Shown: piece by piece, positions 56,453 to 64,000 of the stretch | Layout of the letters: every line of letters starts with the position of its first letter | Position numbering within the stretch: position 1 is the stretch's first letter | Origin: Candidatus Eremiobacteria bacterium | GTDB taxonomy: Bacteria; Vulcanimicrobiota; Vulcanimicrobiia; Vulcanimicrobiales; Vulcanimicrobiaceae | Length of the DNA stretch: 64,000 nt | Direction of reading: 5' to 3' | Assembly (NCBI GenBank): GCA_963758295.1 | Contig: CAVWUU010000004.1 | Location: 1,024,001-1,088,000, forward strand | Notes under the pieces: model-generated | What the model was told of the DNA's origin: nothing | Databases searched by the model: none | The model's input: only the letters and a program-made list of their open reading frames with translations | Translations under genes and position numbers: made by a program

Positions 56453-56878
56453 CTAACCGCGATCGATTTCGAAAAGCACTTGCCCGTATTCGACGGGGTC
56501 GCCGTCGCTTCGTTTCACCGAAACCATGCGGCCGGCGCCGAGGCTGCGAACGGGATTGCGGATCCCGAGCGCTTCGATATAGGCGAGTTCCCGATCGCCC
56601 TCCAACAGGTCGCCTTCGGCAACCGCCGGACGGCTGAAATGAAAGACTCCGACTAGATCGGCCTTGATCGTGTCGAACCGCAGCGGAGCAGCCTCGACGA
56701 TCGATTCGAGATCGGTTGGGATCTCCGGCACGAAGTCGGGGTGCATCGCTCGGCGGCCGAGTTCAATGCGCTCGCCTGCACGGTCAACGCTCAGGCGCAT
56801 CAAATCGGTCGTGACGAAGAGGTCGGCGAGCTGTCTTACGCGCTCGGCAACCCCGGTCTGAAGTTGGTCGTCGGACAT
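56453..56878 (-). CDS. BCCP/AccB-like protein lacking the biotinylated lysine
   Basis: Biotinyl-domain pattern IKADLVGVFH...G...VEYGQVLFEI, but with EALGI at the EAMKM position. Directly upstream of accC. Confidence 0.85.
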   Translation of the reverse strand: MSDDQLQTGVAERVRQLADLFVTTDLMRLSVDRAGERIELGRRAMHPDFVPEIPTDLESIVEAAPLRFDTIKADLVGVFHFSRPAVAEGDLLEGDRELAYIEALGIRNPVRSLGAGRMVSVKRSDGDPVEYGQVLFEIDRG

Positions 56879-56956
56879 GAGCGCTACCGATTCGCTATCC
56901 ACGACGAGGGCTCCGGCCGACAAGCCTAAGCCGGCTTGACCTCGGCCGCCCGGCCC

Positions 56957-57415
56957 TTAGAGCCTTACGACCTCGCGCAGCTCCCGGGCGGAAAGAGCGT
57001 CGCGGGAGTCCCCGAACCGCTCGGCGATTTCGGCCAGAGGCACTAGCACGAACGCCCGCTGGAGCATGCGCGGATGTGGAATCGTGAGATGGGGCTCTTC
57101 CAGCTCAAGATCGTCGTAGGTGAGGATATCCAGGTCGAGGACACGTGGTCCCCAGCGTGCGCCTCCCGGATCGCGCCCGAAGTCTTGTTCCATCAGTTTC
57201 AACGCGTGCAGCAGTTCGTGCGGGCCGAGCGGCGTCTCCAGCTCGGCGACGGCGTTCACGAACGCCGGCTGATCTCGCTTGCCCCAGGGCTCCGTCCGGT
57301 ACAGCGAGGAGCGAGCGCGTACTGCACCGAGCGTCGTCAGGCGCTGGATGGCCCGTTCCACCTGCGCTTGCGGACCGTCGAGGTTGGAACCGATGCCGAT
57401 GAAGGCCTGAGGCAT
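56957..57415 (-). CDS. folK: HPPK, 6-hydroxymethyl-7,8-dihydropterin pyrophosphokinase
   Basis: IGIGSNL, WGPRVLDLDIL and PHPRM..RAFVL. Confidence 0.95.
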   Translation of the reverse strand: MPQAFIGIGSNLDGPQAQVERAIQRLTTLGAVRARSSLYRTEPWGKRDQPAFVNAVAELETPLGPHELLHALKLMEQDFGRDPGGARWGPRVLDLDILTYDDLELEEPHLTIPHPRMLQRAFVLVPLAEIAERFGDSRDALSARELREVVRL

Positions 57416-57783
57416 CAGCGAAACGCGCGGTACTTCGGATTATCGCGAACGAGCGTAATCGACGGCGTCGCGCCATCGAGTAAACGCGGCTTGCCGATTT
57501 GCAGCCGCCCGTTCATCACGCGTTCGTCTTCGAAGACCGCGTCGAGCAACGTTCCGGCAAGCTTTTCCAACAGCTCGAACGATTCGCGTTCGACGATGCT
57601 TACGATCTCGCGGTGCAGCCGTGCGTAGTCGATGGTATCTTCGAGCCGGTCGCTTTTTTGCGCGGCACTCAAATCGACTTCGAAATCGAGATCGATTTCG
57701 AAGGGCTGCGCGCGGTCGCGCTCGCCCGGATTCGCCCCGTGCCGGCCCTTTGCCAGGATCTTGCGGAGGCTTATTCGATCCAC
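57415..57783 (-). CDS. folB: Dihydroneopterin aldolase
   Basis: MDRISL..HG...ER..AQPF..D..LEDTIDY..LLE; GTG start at 57783. Confidence 0.92.
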   Translation of the reverse strand: MDRISLRKILAKGRHGANPGERDRAQPFEIDLDFEVDLSAAQKSDRLEDTIDYARLHREIVSIVERESFELLEKLAGTLLDAVFEDERVMNGRLQIGKPRLLDGATPSITLVRDNPKYRAFR

Positions 57784-58631
57784 CCTCGTGGCCTCCAATC
57801 GCGCACGATCGCATCGGAAACGCTGATAACGTCGCGATTTTGCGCGACGTCGTGAACCCGAACCATGTCGATGCCGGCGGCAATTCCGAGTGCCGTCGTG
57901 GCGGCTGTCCCATAGATCCGCTCGTGCGGTTCCCGTTGGGTCAGCTTGCCGATGGTGGATTTGCGCGACGTACCAAGCAACGTTGGAAAGCCGATGTCGC
58001 GGATTCTTGAAAGCTTGCGCAAAATGCGGATATTGTGGTTCGGCGTTTTTCCAAAGCCGATGCCGGGATCGAGGACGATCGCTTCGCGCGGCAAGCCGCG
58101 GCGCAAGGCCCGGTCGGCGCAATCTCGCAAGAAGTCGACGACGGCTTCGACCACGTCGCCCCAGTATTGCGTTCCAACTTGATTGTGCATGGCACATAGG
58201 GGCATTTCCAGCTCGACGGCGACATCGATGAGATCGTCCGGAGCGCCCCACACCGAATTGATGATATCCGCGCCCGCGACGCGAGCCGCTCGCGCGACTT
58301 CGGGCTTGTAGGTATCGACGGAGATAATTGCTTGCGGCAAACGCGCCCGGACTTCGGAGATTACCGGAATAACGCGGTCCATTTCGGTCTTGGGATCGAT
58401 GGGCTGATGGCCGGGCCGAGTGGATTCGCCACCGACGTCTAAGATATCCGCGCCCTGTTGCCACTGCCGTACCGCGTGTTCGATTGCGATCTCAACGTCG
58501 CTGCGCCCGTCACCCGAGAACGAATCCGGAGTAACGTTGACGATGGCCATTAAAAAGGTCCGCTCGCCCCACGTAATATTGCGTCCACGCACCTGCAGCG
58601 CGCCGCGATCAGGCAAGCTTCGCTCTCGCAT
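57771..58631 (-). CDS. folP: Dihydropteroate synthase
   Basis: NVTPDSFSG, GGESTRPG, DPGIGFGK, SRKS and RVHDV. Confidence 0.95.
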   Translation of the reverse strand: MRERSLPDRGALQVRGRNITWGERTFLMAIVNVTPDSFSGDGRSDVEIAIEHAVRQWQQGADILDVGGESTRPGHQPIDPKTEMDRVIPVISEVRARLPQAIISVDTYKPEVARAARVAGADIINSVWGAPDDLIDVAVELEMPLCAMHNQVGTQYWGDVVEAVVDFLRDCADRALRRGLPREAIVLDPGIGFGKTPNHNIRILRKLSRIRDIGFPTLLGTSRKSTIGKLTQREPHERIYGTAATTALGIAAGIDMVRVHDVAQNRDVISVSDAIVRDWRPRGWIE

Positions 58632-59946
58632 CGCCCACGTTTTCGAGCCACCACGAACGCAGCTCTGCAACGATGAACGTCGAGCCGGTTACGACGATGA
58701 CGCCGTCCGACGAAGCGTTACGGCGCGCCACGGCGAGAGCCTCGACGGGATCCGCAATGACGCGGCCCCAACTTCCCTGCGATTCGGCGATGCTCGCCAA
58801 CCGTTGGGGTTTCGTTGGTTCGCGTCCGGCAGTCGAAAACGAAGTGAATATAAAGTTGCTCGGAAGTTTTCCGAGTGCGCGCAAGATTTGCGATGCATCT
58901 TTGCTTTCGCCGATTGCAACGACGAACGTGCAATGCCGTCCGGGGAACCGTTCCGCGAGCGATGCAACCAGATGTTGCGCTTTTTCCGTATTGTGCGCGA
59001 TGTCGAAAACGACGGACGGATGCCCCGGAAAGACTTCCATGCGTCCGGGAATCGCCACTTGCGACAAGCCGCGTTCGACGTCGGAGATCGACGGCCGCAG
59101 ATCGCTCGGTAATTGCTCGAGCGTAACAATCGCCGTCGCAGCATTCTGTCGCTGAAAGATGCCCAAGACCGGCATCGATAAATTGTAGGTGCCGCATGCG
59201 GTGGTCACCGAAAACGATTGGCCGTAGCGTTCGCCGGGGGCGCCGTCAATCTGCGCCGCTTCGGAGACGCGAACTACGGACGTGCCGATTCGATCTGCTT
59301 CTTCTTCGACGATCGCGCGCGCGACCGGATCCTCGACTCCACTTACAAGCGGCACGCCTGGTTTGATGATCCCAGCCTTTTCCGTCGCGATACTTTGGAT
59401 GGTGTCGCCCAAAACGTCCATGTGATCGAATCCGACCGACGTGATCGCCGCCACTTTAGGAACGATGACGTTCGTGCCGTCAAGACGTCCGCCCAGACCG
59501 ACTTCGATTACCGCAATGTCGACGTGCTCTTTTGCGAAATAGAAAAATGCGAGCGCAAGCAGCGTTTCGTAATACGTCGGACGGCCATGTTCCGAAGCGG
59601 TGCGTTCGATGGCCGGCATCATTTCGTTCAGTAACGCGGCGAAACGTTGTTCTTGGACCGGCGCGCCATCGATTCGGGCGCGTTCCGTCATCGACCGCAA
59701 GTGCGGCTTCGTGTGCAACCCAACGCGTAATCCCGAAGCTTGGAGCGCAACGGCCGCCATGGTGCAGGTCGAGCCTTTACCGCTCGTCCCGCCAATGTGC
59801 ACGGTCGGATATGCATCCTGCGGATTGCCGAGTTCGCGCAAGAATGCGCGCATGCGTTCCAGCCGGTACGGCATGCGCCGGGAGATCGTTTCGTTGATCG
59901 TTCCAAGCAGATAGCTTTCAGCCGCGGGGAAATCGAAGTGCGTCAT
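58609..59946 (-). CDS. folC: Folylpolyglutamate/dihydrofolate synthase
   Basis: GTSGKGS, EVGLGGRLDGTN, EKAGIIK, PGRME and DIAHN. Confidence 0.95.
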   Translation of the reverse strand: MTHFDFPAAESYLLGTINETISRRMPYRLERMRAFLRELGNPQDAYPTVHIGGTSGKGSTCTMAAVALQASGLRVGLHTKPHLRSMTERARIDGAPVQEQRFAALLNEMMPAIERTASEHGRPTYYETLLALAFFYFAKEHVDIAVIEVGLGGRLDGTNVIVPKVAAITSVGFDHMDVLGDTIQSIATEKAGIIKPGVPLVSGVEDPVARAIVEEEADRIGTSVVRVSEAAQIDGAPGERYGQSFSVTTACGTYNLSMPVLGIFQRQNAATAIVTLEQLPSDLRPSISDVERGLSQVAIPGRMEVFPGHPSVVFDIAHNTEKAQHLVASLAERFPGRHCTFVVAIGESKDASQILRALGKLPSNFIFTSFSTAGREPTKPQRLASIAESQGSWGRVIADPVEALAVARRNASSDGVIVVTGSTFIVAELRSWWLENVGDARAKLA

Positions 59947-60425
59947 CCGTCGCTCACGCGATCGCCGAGAAGATCCAGTGCATGTGGCAGTACATTCAAT
60001 ACTACATCGAGAGATTCGGCAACGGCTTTCGGGCTGCCGGGCAGATTGATAATGAGCGTCCGGTGGCGCACGCCCGCGATTGCCCGCGACAACATCGCCG
60101 TCGGAACCCGCGGCAACGCTGCGGCGCGAATCGCCTCCGAAATGCCCGGCACTTCGTAGTCGAGAACCGCGGCGGTTGCCTGGGGCGTGCGATCCCGCGG
60201 CGCCAAGCCCGTTCCGCCACTGGTAAGGATAAGGGACGCCGTTTCCGCATCGGCAATTTCGATGAGTTCTGCCTGAAGCGCACCGGGGTCATCCGGCAGC
60301 ACTAATTCCCGTACGATCTCGTACGGCCCGGCAAGGCGCTCTTTCATGACCGGCAGGCAGCCGTCTGCGCGCGTTCCCGAGGCGGCGCGATCGGAAAGTA
60401 CGATCAGGGCAACGGTGTAGCTCAC
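59943..60425 (-). CDS. mogA: Molybdopterin adenylyltransferase MogA/MoaB
   Basis: LSDR, TSGGTG..PRD.TP, LSRAIAG and NLPGSPK; GTGA overlap with moaC. Confidence 0.9.
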   Translation of the reverse strand: MSYTVALIVLSDRAASGTRADGCLPVMKERLAGPYEIVRELVLPDDPGALQAELIEIADAETASLILTSGGTGLAPRDRTPQATAAVLDYEVPGISEAIRAAALPRVPTAMLSRAIAGVRHRTLIINLPGSPKAVAESLDVVLNVLPHALDLLGDRVSDG

Positions 60426-60898
60426 TGCCGAGCGGCCCAACGCCCGCTTTTTCCGCCCGTTTTTTCGAGCAGGCGAACTTCCTCGATCGCGATCCCTTTG
60501 TCGACGGCCTTGACCATGTCGTACACCGTTAGTGCGGCCACACTCGCGGCAACCATTGCCTCCATCTCGACCCCGGTTTGCGCGCTTGTGCGGGCCGACG
60601 CCTCGATTCGCAATGCGCCGTCCTGGTCCCACGCGATAGTCACGTCGACTTGCGCCAACGGCAGCGGGTGCGCGAGCGGGATCAAGTTTGCCGTCTGCTT
60701 TGCGGCCATAATGCCGGCAAGTTGCGCGGCTACGAATGCGTCGCCCTTCGGAAGCATTGCCTCCTTCAGCGCGCTCTGAGCTGCTTGGCTCATGCGAACC
60801 CGCGCCTGCGCGCGGGCGGTACGAACCGTAACGGCTTTTTCGGAGACGTCCACCATCGAAATGGTGCCGTCGGATGCAATATGTGAGGGTTTCTGCAC
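60422..60898 (-). CDS. moaC: Cyclic pyranopterin monophosphate synthase
   Basis: MVDVSEK, LIPLAHP, TGVEMEA, YDMVKA and KTGGKSG. Confidence 0.95.
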   Translation of the reverse strand: MQKPSHIASDGTISMVDVSEKAVTVRTARAQARVRMSQAAQSALKEAMLPKGDAFVAAQLAGIMAAKQTANLIPLAHPLPLAQVDVTIAWDQDGALRIEASARTSAQTGVEMEAMVAASVAALTVYDMVKAVDKGIAIEEVRLLEKTGGKSGRWAARQ

Positions 60899-60922
60899 GG
60901 CAATATGTAAACGGCGTAAGCA

Positions 60923-62071
60923 ATGACGCTATTCCAGCACACGGGCGGCGATCCTCGGGTCGCCTCGGCACAATTGGCCGACGTACTCGCGTGGTATGGC
61001 GCTGTAGGCGATGCCGCTTTCGGTAATGCGCCCGGTTTTGCATTGCGCAAAGCGTCAGTTGCCGTTGCACTTGCATCGACCCAACGCGAACCGCTTGGCG
61101 ACGAGTGCGACGCGATGTTCTTCGCGGGTTTGCTTCATGCCGTCGGTGCGATCAAGAATCCCGCGTTCCGAAAGAACGGCGAGCTGGACGAACGCACCGC
61201 CAGAACGCATCGTTGGGACGTTCCGGCGCAAGGTGCGCGGGAATGCGATGCGATCGGGACGTTGCCACCGCAAACCGCCGATCTCATTCGCTGGCAAAGT
61301 GAATGCTGGGACGGAACGGGCTTCCCCGATCAATTGCGCTGGTACGGCATTCCGAAAAGCGCGCAATATTTGGCGCTCGCCGATGCGCTTGCGCGATGCG
61401 ACGACCCCGAAGAGGCGCTGGGTGCCATCGCGATGCAGAGCGGCCGCGCATTTGGTCCGGAATACGTCCGCTCGTTCGTCACGTGGTTTCACGCTAACCG
61501 GGGAGAGGCGCGCCTTACGAGCATTCCGCTCGACGCCCTGGACGCCGAAAAAACTTCGCCGGCAATGCTGTTAGATCGCCTTGCCGACGACGTTGACGAA
61601 CATAACGCGGTCCCGGGCCGCTGGCGTCGTATCGAAAAATTGACCAGCGCCGCTGCGCAATCTTTGCAATTCGACCAGACGTCCACGCGCGCATTAGCGC
61701 TCGCGGTGCGGCTCTTCGGCAGCGGCGAGATTGCGCCGAACGCCTCGCGCACCACCGCGTTTCATCCCCTCTCTCGACTAGGAATTGATGCACGCGCTCG
61801 AAACGCCGCACGCGCCGCGGCGCTCGCGGAAAAAGTGCCGGCGTTTCATGAAGCCGCCAAAGTTCTTGCGGCGCGCGCCGAGTGGTTCGATGGAACCGGG
61901 AAGCCGAAGGGCCGGCGCGGTGCGGAGATTTCCCAGGCGACCGCGTTGCTGGCGGCGGCGATCGCGTACGATAAACTCGACCGGAGCGAGCGGCTTGACA
62001 CCGCAGCCGGAACGCAGTTCGATCCCGCCGTCATCCGAGCCGTGCTCGAGGTTGCAAAAACGCGAGCGTGA
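60923..62071 (+). CDS. Degenerate tandem HD-GYP domain protein
   Basis: FAGLLHAVG, ECWDGTGFPDQL, EWFDGTGKP and AGTQFDPAV; metal ligands substituted. Confidence 0.75.
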   Translation: MTLFQHTGGDPRVASAQLADVLAWYGAVGDAAFGNAPGFALRKASVAVALASTQREPLGDECDAMFFAGLLHAVGAIKNPAFRKNGELDERTARTHRWDVPAQGARECDAIGTLPPQTADLIRWQSECWDGTGFPDQLRWYGIPKSAQYLALADALARCDDPEEALGAIAMQSGRAFGPEYVRSFVTWFHANRGEARLTSIPLDALDAEKTSPAMLLDRLADDVDEHNAVPGRWRRIEKLTSAAAQSLQFDQTSTRALALAVRLFGSGEIAPNASRTTAFHPLSRLGIDARARNAARAAALAEKVPAFHEAAKVLAARAEWFDGTGKPKGRRGAEISQATALLAAAIAYDKLDRSERLDTAAGTQFDPAVIRAVLEVAKTRA

Positions 62072-62982
62072 TCGAACTTCAGGAAAGAACGCGGCGCATT
62101 TCACCGTCACGCCTGCACGAGATCCTGCTTCGTAACGATTGCAAGAGCGTCGTGGACCCGTTCATGGGACTGCCGACGCATCTCAACTATTTGAAGCGTC
62201 ACGGCATTGCGGTCCATGGCGGCGATCTACTCGAATGGTTCGTTCGCGTCGGCGAAGGGATCGTCGTGAACGATCTGACGATTCTGCGCGACCACGAGGT
62301 GGCCGAGATCGTCGAAATGCTGCCCGGGCGCATATACGCCCTCGACACGTTCAAAGCGTGGGAAGGCGTGTTCTTCACTGAAGAGCAGTGCGCTTATCTT
62401 GGGGTTTGGCACGACAACGTCCGTAATCTGCGCAGCGATCAGCAGACCGGCCTTGCGATCCTCGGTTTGTGGCGCGTTTTTTGCTATTGGCTTCAGAAGA
62501 CGCAGTTCGCCGACGACATGCAAGATATTCCGCCGAGCGAAATCGCGTGGAACTACATTCGCGAGACGGAAAAATGGGTGGCGAGCAATCTCCGGCGCAA
62601 CACCGTGCGTCAAGGCGACGTGCTGGCGACGATTGGGGCTCAAAGCGCCGACGCGCTGTTCCTTTCCCCGCCTGCGCGTAACTCGTTCCGGAGCGCCGAC
62701 GCTCGCATTTGGATGTGGGAAGCGTGGTGGCAAGGCAATCCGTACTTCACCATCGAGCACGCGTATCGCGATTCACTTCTTGGTGCACGGGCGGCCGATG
62801 CACCGGCGTACGCGCGCGCAATCGCAACGATTCTTTCGAACGCCGAAGCGTATCCGGTGGTCGTCGTTCAGACTACCGAACAACGTTTACCCGACCTCGA
62901 ACCCATTGTCCGCAACGCGCGGCCGAACGTCGAAATCGTAGCGCCGCACCCTTACGAGATCTATCTCATCGCGAAAAGGTAG
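62068..62982 (+). CDS. Degenerate DNA adenine methyltransferase-like protein
   Basis: VVDPFMG..LK..G..V..GD, FFTEE, and DALFLSPPA at the DPPY position; GTGA coupling to the upstream gene. Confidence 0.6.
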   Translation: MIELQERTRRISPSRLHEILLRNDCKSVVDPFMGLPTHLNYLKRHGIAVHGGDLLEWFVRVGEGIVVNDLTILRDHEVAEIVEMLPGRIYALDTFKAWEGVFFTEEQCAYLGVWHDNVRNLRSDQQTGLAILGLWRVFCYWLQKTQFADDMQDIPPSEIAWNYIRETEKWVASNLRRNTVRQGDVLATIGAQSADALFLSPPARNSFRSADARIWMWEAWWQGNPYFTIEHAYRDSLLGARAADAPAYARAIATILSNAEAYPVVVVQTTEQRLPDLEPIVRNARPNVEIVAPHPYEIYLIAKR

Positions 62983-63023
62983 CCCCAGACTGTCGAAGCG
63001 CAGAGGCATATCAGCAACGCCGT

Positions 63024-63055
63024 ATGCGCCGATGTCCTACAAGGTCATCATGACG
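63024..63055. repeat. Degenerate REP-like copy
   Basis: ATGCGCC..ACAAGGTCATCATGACG, with a decayed inverted arm near 62983-63009. Confidence 0.45.
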
Positions 63056-63056
63056 A

Positions 63057-63089
63057 GAAAAGAGACGCTCGAACGAGCGCCTCTTTTCG
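63057..63089. terminator. Bidirectional intrinsic terminator
   Basis: GAAAAGAG-A-CGCTCG-AA-CGAGCG-C-CTCTTTTC between convergent genes. Confidence 0.75.
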
Positions 63090-63109
63090 CAACAGCCCTC
63101 CGACGCTAC

Positions 63110-64000
63110 TTAGTATTCTTCGTAGAAGTGGATGTTTGGGAGCGTCGGCGGCGGCGTGCCGATGAAGAACCAAATCACTTCGTGTGAGTAGAGCGGGATT
63201 TGATTCGGGTCGCCGAGCCACGGCGTGAGCGTCCTGGTGCTTATCGTGCTGCCGCTCTGATCGCCGCGGTACTGCTGTCCCGACGTGTACACCGTAAGCG
63301 GTCCGCCGAACTGTCCGAAGTTCGAACCGGTGACCGTGATGCCCCACACATCGAATATCGTCTTGGATATGTAGAGCGAGTTCATCGGGGGCGTATCGAG
63401 CACTCCGCCGTTAAAATCTTCTACGTGCAAGACGCCGGTCGAGTCGTGCGTATGCGTAAAGTAGAAGCAGTTGGTGGCGTAGTTGATCGCCGTGTCATTG
63501 GGATTCACCGGGTCGGCGACGCCAATGCCTCTCGGCAGCGCGTATTCGGTGCCATTCACGTAGATGCCGATGAAGACGTGAATGTGATAGTTATCCGACA
63601 TCGAGACTTGGCACTGGGCATTGTCGATCTGCGTGCCGACCGGGCCGTGTCCGCCGGAGGGCGTATCGCCGACCGCAGGTGTGAACATTCCGTCCTGACC
63701 GTTGATGACGGGGTTATGGTACACACCGTTTGCATCCGTATAACCCGGCGTCGTCGATAACGTCGTACCGTTCCACGGATAGCCGGCGGCCGCCGGAGTA
63801 GGCGTTGGCTTAGGTCGGAGTAGGCGTCGGAGTCGGAGTGGGTGTAGGCGTCGGCGTCGGCGTTGGCGTCGGAGTGGGTGCCGGAGTCGCGGTAGGAGTC
63901 GGCGACGCTGAAGCAGTCGGCGACGCTGAAGCAGTCGGCGAACTTGACGGCTTCGACGTCGGGCTGCCCGACGGCGACGGCTTCGGCGAACCGGTAGGCG
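63110..64000 (-). CDS. Probable secreted protein with Pro/Thr/Ser linker and His-rich C-terminal domain (5' end outside the window; probable frameshift near 63815)
   Basis: PTP/SPTASA repeats, then YHIHV..PRGIG..CFYFTHTHDSTGVLHVE. Confidence 0.75.
   Translation of the reverse strand, partial: RLPVRRSRRRRAARRRSRQVRRLLQRRRLLQRRRLLPRLRHPLRRQRRRRRLHPLRLRRLLRPKPTPTPAAAGYPWNGTTLSTTPGYTDANGVYHNPVINGQDGMFTPAVGDTPSGGHGPVGTQIDNAQCQVSMSDNYHIHVFIGIYVNGTEYALPRGIGVADPVNPNDTAINYATNCFYFTHTHDSTGVLHVEDFNGGVLDTPPMNSLYISKTIFDVWGITVTGSNFGQFGGPLTVYTSGQQYRGDQSGSTISTRTLTPWLGDPNQIPLYSHEVIWFFIGTPPPTLPNIHFYEEY

Noticed and set aside
62068..62982. Active restriction-modification or defence system
   Set aside because: Catalytic and SAM-binding motifs are degenerate and there is no nuclease partner nearby.

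Overview
This is a GC-rich bacterial chromosomal window made up mostly of housekeeping genes. An outer-membrane porin, a Firmicutes-like rimP-nusA-ylxR-infB-rbfA-nrnA-truB-ribF cluster and many Pro/Thr-linker secreted proteins suggest a diderm Terrabacteria lineage such as Eremiobacterota/Vulcanimicrobiota (inference only). From left to right it holds: dinG-rhomboid-dtxR-add; tRNA-fMet followed by a small decayed islet (integrase remnant, MarR, secreted protein, motif-permuted multicopper oxidase); tdh-kbl-tdk; a Pho locus (phoP/B, phoR, pstCAB, OprD-like porin, pstS) with three matching Pho-box promoters; class I aldolase, nifU, pcm, an ABC/AttH-like operon and ferredoxin; an unusual Clp ATPase; the translation cluster; a probable 6S RNA; pyk; split LigD-type genes flanking two paralogous glycoside-hydrolase-like lipoproteins; recN-nadK-tlyA-xseBA-pbp1A-nusB-accC-accB-like; folate and molybdopterin genes; and a pair of degenerate HD-GYP and DNA-methylase genes. 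About 49.2-56.4 kb is riddled with indels in essential genes, most likely sequencing or assembly error. The strongest novelty candidates are: (1) the accB-position gene lacks the biotinylated lysine (EALGI in place of EAMKM), like the plant BADC regulators; (2) a Clp ATPase with a Zn finger and hydrophobic anchor but no M-domain or ClpP loop; (3) a coupled pair of pseudo-enzymes; (4) a motif-permuted multicopper oxidase; (5) non-coding structures, namely an infB leader, a REP family with covariation and a hairpin tandem array.
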